DNA from: an uncultured Alcanivoracaceae bacterium | GTDB taxonomy: Bacteria > Pseudomonadota > Gammaproteobacteria > Pseudomonadales > Alcanivoracaceae | NCBI GenBank assembly: GCA_964456185.1 | Contig: CAYVZZ010000002.1 | Location: 1 to 55,802, forward strand | Direction: 5' to 3' | DNA: 55,802 nt | Shown here: one piece after another, positions 7,757 to 16,403 of the stretch | Numbering within the stretch: the first letter of the stretch is position 1 | Layout: each line of letters begins with the position of its first letter | Translations under genes and position numbers: made by a program | The notes under the pieces: generated by a model | What the model was told of the DNA's origin: nothing | The model's input: only the letters and a program-made list of their open reading frames with translations | Database searches by the model: none

Positions 7757-7774
7757 TAAACGAAATAAACGAAA
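7757..7774 (-). promoter_or_regulatory. Tandem 9-mer, probable operator in the HTH-PIN promoter
   Basis: TAAACGAAA twice in perfect tandem. On the minus strand the repeats fill the spacer between TTGTGT and a TATACT -10-like box, about 35 nt upstream of ATG 7711. Confidence 0.4.
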
Positions 7775-7894
7775 CACAAACAACGGCACTTCATCCCTGC
7801 TCATGCTGTATATTAAAGCAGGGAAAGCCGCATGGAATCACAACTTGTTGATATCTCTACCATACATGCTTTTTCGTCCGCTAGAGCTGGTGTA

Positions 7895-8323
7895 TCAAAT
7901 CGATAGCAACAACCTCGGGCAAGTGTCCTCCCCCACCCACACAATGGCGTTTTGCCCAAATTGCCTGCCAAGCGCTTCTGCTTCTTTTTGTGTGATGCCC
8001 AGCACCAAAAAGCTCGGCTCGCCCGGCCATTGGTGTTTAGGGTCTTGGCCAATGCCGTCAATAAAGGGGTAGCCCTGTGCTGCCAACTTATCTGCTAATT
8101 GTTGCTGTAGCTGCTGATTCTTTTCTGGCTCGGTTTGTTGGCTGGCAGGATTGCAGGCGGTGATGAAGGCTGCACTTTGCACGGCATGTTGCTGGTAAAG
8201 GCCAGCCAAGCCAGTATTCGGCTGGTCGATTAATAAGGTAATAGGTGGTTGGGTGTACACTTGATAGTGAGTTTCTTGGTAAGCCTTCACGAGATTGTCA
8301 GATAAGGAAGTGTTTTTAGCCAT
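7895..8323 (-). CDS. DUF3293-family protein
   Basis: 142 aa; AFITACNPAS...WPGEPSFLVLGI...LGRQFGQNAIVWVGED pattern recalled from DUF3293. Confidence 0.6.
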   Translation of the reverse strand: MAKNTSLSDNLVKAYQETHYQVYTQPPITLLIDQPNTGLAGLYQQHAVQSAAFITACNPASQQTEPEKNQQLQQQLADKLAAQGYPFIDGIGQDPKHQWPGEPSFLVLGITQKEAEALGRQFGQNAIVWVGEDTCPRLLLSI

Positions 8324-8446
8324 AAGCCTATTCCGTTTCGGTGTTTGCTTATGAGTATGTCATGTCGGGCTTGAGTCAACATTGCTTTTTATTGGCCGCC
8401 ATGAACAATACCAACAGGCCTCACAACAACGTTAACAAGGAATGCC

Positions 8447-11400
8447 ATGCAGCCGGGCTTTGCCATTATTTATGCTAATCAGCTGGAAACCTTAGCGGAA
8501 ATTGCCTTTAGCCGCTGCGATGCCGAGCCGCTGCCGCCTTTGGAAGAAGATATTGTGCTGGTGCAGTCGAATGGCATGGCCGATTGGTTGAAGCTGCAAC
8601 AAGCACAGCGCAATGGCATTAGTGCCAGTATGCGTTTTCCCATGCCGGCAAGTTTTTTATGGGAAATGTACCAACGGGTGTTGTCGCCAGAACTGCTGGG
8701 CACGCCTTCGCCGTTTAATAAAAGCAGCTTGCAGTGGCGCATTTTCCGTTTACTGCCGCAGCTGGTTGAACGCCCGGAGTTTGCCCGCCCCGCCGGTTTC
8801 CTGGCCGATGCCAATGACCTCACCAAACGCTTTCAGCTGGCGCGCAAGCTGGCCGATTTGCTCGACCAATATCAGCTGTATCGCAGTGACTGGCTGCTGC
8901 AATGGGAGGCAGGAAAACTGTGTAATTTGGGAGAAGACGAAGCTTGGCAGGCCAGCCTATGGCAAGCGTTAATTGCCGATATTCCCGCCGCCGAACGCCA
9001 GCGTTCACGGGCGCATTTGCATCGAGCGTTTATGCGTCAGGTAGAAAGCGGCCAAGCACAAGGCTTGCCCAAACGCATTATTTTGTTTGGCATCAGCTCT
9101 TTGCCCAAACAGCTGCTTGAGGCGCTATATGCGCTGTCGAATCATTGCCAGCTTTTATTACTGATGCTCAACCCGTCACAAGACTATTGGGCCAGTAAAG
9201 AAGCCGACGACACCCTGGCCAATCCATTACTAAACAACTGGGGCGCGCAGGGGCGTGATTTCATTCGTTTGCTGCTGGAATATGAGCCGCCAGAAAGCCA
9301 ACGCCTGCAAAGCATCGAGACCGAGATTTTCTTGCCCGCGGCCGAGGCCACACGCAGCGATTCCATTATCAGCGACATTCAGCAGGCCATTCTCGATAAC
9401 GCACCGACGGCGGCTGAAAAGCAGCCGTTACCGAACCACCCTGGCCTGACTTTTCTGCCCGCCTACAGCCGCCAGCGCGAGGTGGAAATCTTGCATGATA
9501 AGTTGCTGGCCTTATTCGCCGACCAGCCCGATTTACGCTATGGCGATGTGCTGGTGATGACCCCCAACATCGACCTCTACAGCGCCCATATCGAGGCAGT
9601 ATTCAACCGTTTTCCGCACCATGATAGTCGTCATCTGGACTATGCCATTAGCGACCGCCATCAAGTCACCGACAGCCCTTTGTTCATGGCGGTGAGCTAT
9701 TTGCTGGAGTTGCCCCATCAGCGTTTAACGCAAAGCGAACTGCAGGAACTATTGTCCCTTCCCAGCGTACAAGCGGTTTTCCAATTGGACGATGCCGCCT
9801 TGGAGCTGGTGGCTCGGTGGATTGAACAAAGCCATATTCGCTGGGGGCTAGACGGCTCACACAAAGCCAGCGCCTTTAATCTGCCCGATAACGCCTGCAA
9901 CACCTGGCGTGCCGGCATCGACCAATTGCTGGCCGGTTATTGCGCAGGCGACACGCCGCTTTGGGATGACCTGGCCAATGTCGACGAAGTCAGCGCCAAC
10001 CAAGGCGAGGCACTGGGACAATTAAGCCGCTTCATTGACCAGATTGATGCCTATCGTAAACGGCTGGCGCAGTCGCATACGCCCGCTGAATGGCAGGTGC
10101 TTTTCAGCCAATTACTTGAGGCGTTCTTTTTGCCCCAAGACAGCCACGACCGCGAGCTGCTCGCCAGCCTGCAACAAGCCTTAAACAGCTGGCAGGAAGA
10201 TTGCGCCCTGGCCGACTTTGACGCGCCCCTGCCCTTGGCGCAAGCACGCAGTGGCTGGCTCGACAAGGTGCAGCAAAGTGGTTTAAGCCAGCAATTGGCC
10301 TTCCGAGGCATTACCTTTTGCACGCTGATGCCCATGCGTGCCCTGCCATTCAAGCAGGTATTTTTATTGGGCATGGGTGACGGTGAATATCCGCGCGAAA
10401 CCGTGCAGCCCGATTTTGATTTAATGCAAAACGGTTACCGCCCCGGCGACCGCGACCGTCGCAACGACGACCAATACCTGTTTTTGGAAGCCCTGTTGAG
10501 TGTACGCGACAGCCTCACCATCAGTTGGGTAGGACACAATATTCGCAATAACGAAGCCATCCCTGCCTCGATTTTGGTTGAGCAAGTGCGCAACTATGTG
10601 GATGCCAATTGGACGGCGCCAGATGGCGGGAAAGCCAGCGATTACCTCACCGAAGAATTGCCCTTAGCGACTTTCAGCCGCCGTTATTTTGAAGCGGAAA
10701 ACACGCCGCCCACCTATAACAGTGAATGGTTCTCTCTGTATAACACCACGCCCGCGGCCGATAACCCCGCGCCATTTGCGCCCATTGAGTCGCCCAGCGA
10801 ATTGCATTTATCACAATGGGTGAGCTTATTACGTCAGCCGGTTAATGTGTTCTTCGAGCAACGCTTGCGTTGCCGCTTCGAAGATCTTGCGGAGCAAGGC
10901 GACGACACCGAGCCATTTGATCTGGACAACTTACAAGCCTGGCAGCTAAGGCAAACTTTTGTGGATCACCCCTCTGATGATTGGCCACAACTGGAACGCC
11001 GCCAACTGGCCAGTGGCGAGCTGCCTGCCGGGCACTTTGCCAGCCCTTATCTTAGCGAAGCAAAGCGCGTAGCGGGCGACATTCAAGGCCGCTTTCAGGC
11101 CAGTTGCGGCGCTGCCAAACGCCTGCCGCCGCAAACACTGAGCCTAACGGCAACCGCCGGAGAACACAGCGCCCAATGGGACGTCACTCTCGATAACCTC
11201 TGGCAGGCCGAAAGCAATGGGGAACGCTTTCTGGCGGACATGACTGCCAGCAACCTGAAAGCCAAGAAGAAACAGTGGCGCTACGACAAGCTCTGCAAAC
11301 ATTGGCTGAAACATTTGGCCGCACAAGCGGCGGGCTTGGCGTGGGACACCCACCTCGTCGGACGCGATGCCCAGGCGCACTTCACCGCCATTGATGCCGC

Positions 11401-11689
11401 CGAGGCTCAACAACAACTTAACGCCATTTACGCCATTTGGCTTGAAGCCTGCTCGCGCCCCTTGCCTGTTGGCCGCCAGGCCGCGTTAAGCTGGTTGGCC
11501 GGTGGCGACTATACCGATTGCCAAAAAGCCTTTGACAAGGATTATGAGGACGCCACCGTGCAACGCGCCTTTAGTGATTTCGATGATATCTGGCCAGGTG
11601 CCACCCAAGAACCACCTTTCGCTGCTTGGGCGCAGCACCTGTATGGCGCACTGTTTGCCACCTTGAACACCAAGGAGGACGCTGCATGA
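8447..11689 (+). CDS. recC: Exodeoxyribonuclease V gamma subunit
   Basis: 1080 aa, size and position upstream of recB. AAGGAA RBS. The stop overlaps the recB ATG (ATGA). Confidence 0.9.
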   Translation: MQPGFAIIYANQLETLAEIAFSRCDAEPLPPLEEDIVLVQSNGMADWLKLQQAQRNGISASMRFPMPASFLWEMYQRVLSPELLGTPSPFNKSSLQWRIFRLLPQLVERPEFARPAGFLADANDLTKRFQLARKLADLLDQYQLYRSDWLLQWEAGKLCNLGEDEAWQASLWQALIADIPAAERQRSRAHLHRAFMRQVESGQAQGLPKRIILFGISSLPKQLLEALYALSNHCQLLLLMLNPSQDYWASKEADDTLANPLLNNWGAQGRDFIRLLLEYEPPESQRLQSIETEIFLPAAEATRSDSIISDIQQAILDNAPTAAEKQPLPNHPGLTFLPAYSRQREVEILHDKLLALFADQPDLRYGDVLVMTPNIDLYSAHIEAVFNRFPHHDSRHLDYAISDRHQVTDSPLFMAVSYLLELPHQRLTQSELQELLSLPSVQAVFQLDDAALELVARWIEQSHIRWGLDGSHKASAFNLPDNACNTWRAGIDQLLAGYCAGDTPLWDDLANVDEVSANQGEALGQLSRFIDQIDAYRKRLAQSHTPAEWQVLFSQLLEAFFLPQDSHDRELLASLQQALNSWQEDCALADFDAPLPLAQARSGWLDKVQQSGLSQQLAFRGITFCTLMPMRALPFKQVFLLGMGDGEYPRETVQPDFDLMQNGYRPGDRDRRNDDQYLFLEALLSVRDSLTISWVGHNIRNNEAIPASILVEQVRNYVDANWTAPDGGKASDYLTEELPLATFSRRYFEAENTPPTYNSEWFSLYNTTPAADNPAPFAPIESPSELHLSQWVSLLRQPVNVFFEQRLRCRFEDLAEQGDDTEPFDLDNLQAWQLRQTFVDHPSDDWPQLERRQLASGELPAGHFASPYLSEAKRVAGDIQGRFQASCGAAKRLPPQTLSLTATAGEHSAQWDVTLDNLWQAESNGERFLADMTASNLKAKKKQWRYDKLCKHWLKHLAAQAAGLAWDTHLVGRDAQAHFTAIDAAEAQQQLNAIYAIWLEACSRPLPVGRQAALSWLAGGDYTDCQKAFDKDYEDATVQRAFSDFDDIWPGATQEPPFAAWAQHLYGALFATLNTKEDAA

Positions 11690-14600
11690 GCCAAGCGCCA
11701 CTCAACCCCTTCACGTTACCGCTGGATGGCAGCCGCTTGATTGAAGCCAGCGCTGGCACCGGTAAAACCTACACCCTGGCCGCGCTTTATGTGCGTTTGG
11801 TACTCGGCTTGGGCAGCACCGCCTTTGCAGACGGTTTGCCGCCCGAACAAATTTTAGTGCTCACCTTTACCCGCGCCGCTACCCGCGAATTGCGCCAACG
11901 CATTCGTGAACGCTTGGACGAAGCAGCTGCGGTGCTGAACCATGGCATATCGCCGCGTGACCCTTTTATGGAGGAGCTGCTTGCCGCCTGCGCCGACAAC
12001 CAACAGGCTCTGGCCAAACGCTGCACCGAGGCCGCTCGGCAAATGGACAAGGCGGGCATTTACACCATCCACAGTTTTTGTCAGCGGGTATTAAAACGTT
12101 TTGCCTTTGCCGCCCGGCAAACCTTTGAGCAGGAGCTGGAAACCGATACCGCCGGTTTAACCCAGCAAGCCTTTGACGACTACTGGCGGCAATTTATTCA
12201 GCAACAACCGGCAACGTTGGCAAACCAATTAAACAAAGAAGGCTTAAATACGCCTGCCCGTTTGAAAAACGCAGCAAATAATGAAATCGACACAAATGAA
12301 GCAACGGAACAACAGCCGCTGCCGGATGCCATCGGGCAGTTTGTTGCCGATTCACAAGTGCTCTCCCAGTTGGAAGACAAGGCAGTACGCGCCCTGCGGC
12401 AGGAGCAGCAACAATTAAATGATTGGCTGGATGCCATGCTGGCGGGTAAATACCTCAGCAAAAAAACCTGCACAGCCAAACGTCGCAAAATATTGAATGA
12501 TGCCATCGACACAGGGGATTTAAGCCGCGTCGAAGCCGTCTTCACCCCGACCGGTCTACGTTGGAACAAACACAAACAGCAAGACATCCCCGCCAATATC
12601 GAAGCGGCGTTAAATGAGCTAGCGGTGTATTTGGACGCCAAGGCCGAGATCACCTTCCCGCGCGAAGCACTACTCACCCATGCCGCTAACTGGACGGATG
12701 TGGAAATCGAGCGTCAGCTGGAAAGCCGCGCCCATATCACCTACGACAGCATGATTACCGCGCTGCAACGCGCACTGGAAAACAACCCGCAGCGCACTCT
12801 GGCCAACCAGTTATTTGACGCCTGGCCTTGCACCTTGATTGACGAGTTTCAGGATACCGACCCGGCGCAGTATGCCATCTTCCAGCATATCTACCGCGAC
12901 CGTGATGCCAGCGCTTACTTATGGCTGGTCATTGGCGACCCCAAGCAGGCCATTTATGGCTTCCGTGGTGCCGATATTGATATCTACATTGACGCCAAGG
13001 AAGCCATTGCGGAAAGCCACCGCCACACGCTGGGCACCAATTTCCGCTCCAGCCAAGGCATGGTAGATGCCACCAACTGTCTGTTTGATACATCTCCTTT
13101 AAGTGACACCGAGGCGGGAGTATTTGGCCACGAGCTGATTCCGTTTCAACCCGTGGCGGCCAATGGGCGCAACGAGATTTTCGAGATAGACGGCGAACCC
13201 GTGTCTCCCATGACGCTGGTGTATCCGCCTTTTGAATTGCAATCCACCGGGGCTTGTCAGGATGCACTGGCCGAGGTTTTTGCCAACCAAATTGCCGAAT
13301 TACTGGTGTTAGGAAAGCAAAATCGCGCAGGCTTTCGTGCGCTTAGCGATAACAGCTTTCGCCCCCTACGGCCGCAAGACATTACCCTGCTTGTGCGCAC
13401 CGGCAGTCAGGCTAAACGGCTGCAATCTGCATTGAGTCATCACAACATCAGCGCGGTATTTCTTTCTGACAAAACCAGCATTTATGCCAGCGATGAAGCA
13501 CAGGATTTATTGACCCTGCTGGAAGCTATCGCCCAACCGCATGATGCGCGGCTGATTCGCAATGCGCTGGTCACCCCTTTGCTGAACTATTCACTCGATG
13601 AATTAACGCAGCAGTTGGAAGACGACGCCCATTGGCAAACCCTGTTAACGCAATTTCGCGCCTTTCACGACCAGTGGCAATATCGCGGCGTGCTGGCCAT
13701 GCTGCACCAACTGGTGCACGAGCTGGATTTGCCGCAGCGACAAAAAGACGAACGCACCCTCACCAACCTGTTCCATCTGGCCGAGCTGCTGCAAGACGCC
13801 AGCCAGCAACTCGATGGCAAAGCCGCCCTCTTGCACTACTTTGCCACCGCCATCGTCGAGCAAACCAAAAGCAGCGACGACAGCCCCGAGTTGGCACCGC
13901 GTTTGGAAAGCGAGCGCGAGCGTTTAAGCATAGTGACACTGCATCAATCCAAAGGGTTGGAATATCCCTTAGTGATGATGCCCTTTGTCAGCATCGCGCC
14001 TGACCCCAAACTTGAAGATGATGTAAACGAATCCATGCGCCTACTGTATGTGGGCGTGACCCGCGCACGCCATGCCTGCTGGGTTGGTTTAGCACTTAAC
14101 AAGCGCGGCGCGGTGGGCAAAAGCGGTAAACACCAACTGGAGACCACCGCTATTGGCCGTTTGCTGTTTGGCGAAGCGCATATCAATGAAGAGGCCATGG
14201 ATGAACGCCTGGCCGCTCTAGCCGATGGACAGACCATCACCCTCGACCGTGAAGTGACCGACAACGCAATCAGTGCACCGGACGAAACCCGTCCTGCACT
14301 ATTAAGCGAAGCGCCCGAGCTGCCCACACGTCGCCCGCCCTACTGGCGAGTGACCAGCTATTCCGGCCTGTACCGCCAGCGCAGCAGCAGCCTGTTTCGT
14401 GCCGATTTGGAGCGGTTAGACGAAGAAGACGACAACGAAGCGGCTTCACAAATCACAACTAACAGCGGCATTCACGCGTTTGAACGCGGTGCGGCCGCGG
14501 GTAATTTGCTACACGCTTTGCTGGAAGCCGCCTTGCAACCGGATACACGCCAGCAGTTAATGGATGGCGACCAACCCAATCGCCAGAGTATTCAGCAATT

Positions 14601-15207
14601 AGTGGAACGTTTTTGCCGACAACCACAATGGCAAGACGCCCAACCGCTGCTGGCCGACTGGCTAGAGCAGCTGTTGTTTACGCCCCTGCGCTTGCCCGAA
14701 CAAACGGCACAATTAATACAACTCGACGCCCATCTCACCGAAGCAGAATTTTGGCTGCGCACCGACACGCTCGACACCACCGAGCTGGATGCCCTCGCCG
14801 CGCAATTATTGCCCGGCGAACGCCCCTTACTGGATGAAAAACGCCTAAGCGGCATGCTGAAAGGCTTTATCGACCTGCTGTTTTGTGTCGACGGGCGCTA
14901 CTACGTGCTGGACTACAAATCCAACTGGCTGGGGGCGAACGATACGGCCTATACCCAGGAAAATATGGCGCAGGCCATGTTGTCGCACCGCTATGAGCTG
15001 CAAGCATTAATTTACCAACAAGCCTTGCACCGGCTGCTGCAACGACGTCTACCTAATTACGACCCAGCACAGCATTTGGGCGGTGCTGTATATTTCTTCC
15101 TACGCGGCATCAATGCAGACAGCCAAGGATTATTTACCTTACCTGCCCAAGTGCAACTACTGGATGCCATGGAAACGACACTCAATCAACGACAACCTAC
15201 GGCATAA
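11686..15207 (+). CDS. recB: Exodeoxyribonuclease V beta subunit (helicase-nuclease)
   Basis: Walker A EASAGTGKTYT; UvrD-like motifs TIHSFC and LIDEFQDTD; C-terminal PD-(D/E)xK nuclease GFIDLLF...YYVLDYKSN. Start at ATG 11686 after AAGGAGGA. Confidence 0.93.
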   Translation: MSQAPLNPFTLPLDGSRLIEASAGTGKTYTLAALYVRLVLGLGSTAFADGLPPEQILVLTFTRAATRELRQRIRERLDEAAAVLNHGISPRDPFMEELLAACADNQQALAKRCTEAARQMDKAGIYTIHSFCQRVLKRFAFAARQTFEQELETDTAGLTQQAFDDYWRQFIQQQPATLANQLNKEGLNTPARLKNAANNEIDTNEATEQQPLPDAIGQFVADSQVLSQLEDKAVRALRQEQQQLNDWLDAMLAGKYLSKKTCTAKRRKILNDAIDTGDLSRVEAVFTPTGLRWNKHKQQDIPANIEAALNELAVYLDAKAEITFPREALLTHAANWTDVEIERQLESRAHITYDSMITALQRALENNPQRTLANQLFDAWPCTLIDEFQDTDPAQYAIFQHIYRDRDASAYLWLVIGDPKQAIYGFRGADIDIYIDAKEAIAESHRHTLGTNFRSSQGMVDATNCLFDTSPLSDTEAGVFGHELIPFQPVAANGRNEIFEIDGEPVSPMTLVYPPFELQSTGACQDALAEVFANQIAELLVLGKQNRAGFRALSDNSFRPLRPQDITLLVRTGSQAKRLQSALSHHNISAVFLSDKTSIYASDEAQDLLTLLEAIAQPHDARLIRNALVTPLLNYSLDELTQQLEDDAHWQTLLTQFRAFHDQWQYRGVLAMLHQLVHELDLPQRQKDERTLTNLFHLAELLQDASQQLDGKAALLHYFATAIVEQTKSSDDSPELAPRLESERERLSIVTLHQSKGLEYPLVMMPFVSIAPDPKLEDDVNESMRLLYVGVTRARHACWVGLALNKRGAVGKSGKHQLETTAIGRLLFGEAHINEEAMDERLAALADGQTITLDREVTDNAISAPDETRPALLSEAPELPTRRPPYWRVTSYSGLYRQRSSSLFRADLERLDEEDDNEAASQITTNSGIHAFERGAAAGNLLHALLEAALQPDTRQQLMDGDQPNRQSIQQLVERFCRQPQWQDAQPLLADWLEQLLFTPLRLPEQTAQLIQLDAHLTEAEFWLRTDTLDTTELDALAAQLLPGERPLLDEKRLSGMLKGFIDLLFCVDGRYYVLDYKSNWLGANDTAYTQENMAQAMLSHRYELQALIYQQALHRLLQRRLPNYDPAQHLGGAVYFFLRGINADSQGLFTLPAQVQLLDAMETTLNQRQPTA

Positions 15208-15328
15208 TCCCATTCTATTGTTCCATTTATTGAACACTGTTTCCTGATTATCCATCTTCTCAAGTGGCTGCTGGCTCATTACATTACACAGGTCACGAAA
15301 CATCACCCAAGGTAGTAAGGAATTTTTC

Positions 15329-15922
15329 ATGGACATTATTGATATTTTCAAACGACGTCGCACTCAATATGCTTTGGGCGACAACTTGCCGTTGTCACAA
15401 GACGAGACGGAAGCGCTGATCCGCTCGGCCGTACGCGAAGCTCCCTCGGCATTTAACTCGCAAAGCTCGCGTGTTGTCGTGTTGTTCAATGGCGAACATC
15501 AGAAGTTTTGGGATTTAGTGAAAGAGACGCTGCGAGCCATTGTGCCGGCAGAAAACTTTGCGCCAACTGATGCAAAAATTGACAGCTTTGCAGCCGGCGC
15601 AGGCACTGTGCTGTTTTTTGAAGATCAGAATGTCATAAAAGACTTGCAAGAAAAGTTTCCATTGTATGCCGACAAGTTCCCCGTGTTCTCGGATAACGCC
15701 GCCGGCATGGCACAATTTGCCGTATGGACAACATTAGCTCAGGCCGATATTGGTGCCAGCCTGCAGCATTATCATCCGCTAATTGATAATGAAGTTGCCA
15801 AAACATGGGGCTTGCCTGAAAGCTGGAAACTGTCAGCGCAGATGCCGTTTGGCTCTAACGAGCAGCCCATCGGTGATAAGGAATACATGGACGACCAGGA
15901 AAGATTCCGTTTATTCGCCTAA
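15329..15922 (+). CDS. Nitroreductase-family protein
   Basis: 197 aa; N-terminal IFKRRRTQYAL...EAPSAFNSQSSRVVVL is typical of the nitroreductase fold. Confidence 0.7.
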   Translation: MDIIDIFKRRRTQYALGDNLPLSQDETEALIRSAVREAPSAFNSQSSRVVVLFNGEHQKFWDLVKETLRAIVPAENFAPTDAKIDSFAAGAGTVLFFEDQNVIKDLQEKFPLYADKFPVFSDNAAGMAQFAVWTTLAQADIGASLQHYHPLIDNEVAKTWGLPESWKLSAQMPFGSNEQPIGDKEYMDDQERFRLFA

Positions 15923-15943
15923 CATCCTTTCAACCCGTCATTC

Positions 15944-15975
15944 GCAGGGAGCAGCCGCTCCCTGCAACAATTTAT
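15944..15975 (+). terminator. Hairpin after the nitroreductase gene
   Basis: GCAGGGAGC-agcc-GCTCCCTGC, a 9-bp GC stem (15944-15965) followed by AACAATTTAT. The U-tract is weak. Confidence 0.4.
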
Positions 15976-16091
15976 CGCCACCGCTTCACTTCACCGTATT
16001 TATAGATAAGATAGGTTAGCTGCGGTCGAATTTCGCCGCGCACGAAACCAACATTTAACGCCATAATACGAGAACAATACGTGAGGACACT

Positions 16092-16400
16092 ATGAGCGGA
16101 TCATCAGATAACGGAAAAACTATTGCCATTATCAGCTACATCACCTTGATTGGCTGGATTATTGCTTTAATTATGCACAGCAGCGATAAAACATCGCTTG
16201 GTGCGTTTCACCTTCGGCAAATGTTGGGGCTAATGATCGCTGCTGCCATTTTGCCGTGGATTCCCGTTGTGGGCTGGATCTTGTCCATCATCATCTTTAT
16301 TTTCTGGATTATGGGGCTGGTTAACGCCTGCCAGGGAGAAGCAAAGCCGCTGCCACTGATAGGCGATTTCTTCCAAAATATTTTCTCTTTCATCAAGTAA
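16092..16400 (+). CDS. Small integral membrane protein (DUF4870-like)
   Basis: 102 aa with about three hydrophobic spans (IAIISYITLIGWIIALIM, LGLMIAAAILPWIPVVGWILSIIIFIFWIMGLV). The stop lies 3 nt before the recD ATG. Confidence 0.6.
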   Translation: MSGSSDNGKTIAIISYITLIGWIIALIMHSSDKTSLGAFHLRQMLGLMIAAAILPWIPVVGWILSIIIFIFWIMGLVNACQGEAKPLPLIGDFFQNIFSFIK

Positions 16401-16403
16401 CCT

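Noticed and set aside
7795-7823. Hairpin CCCTGCT-N15-AGCAGGG, considered as the terminator of the DUF3293 gene
   Set aside because: The stem is only 7 bp with a large loop, and no U-tract follows on the minus strand. I left it uncalled.
1-8446. Search for a CRISPR array (regularly spaced ~36-nt repeats) near the cas genes
   Set aside because: I found no regularly spaced repeats. The array is expected downstream of cas1/cas2, beyond the left edge.
12198-12677. 159-aa minus-strand ORF inside recB, and similar ORFs inside recC and recD
   Set aside because: They are shadow ORFs within well-supported helicase/nuclease genes.
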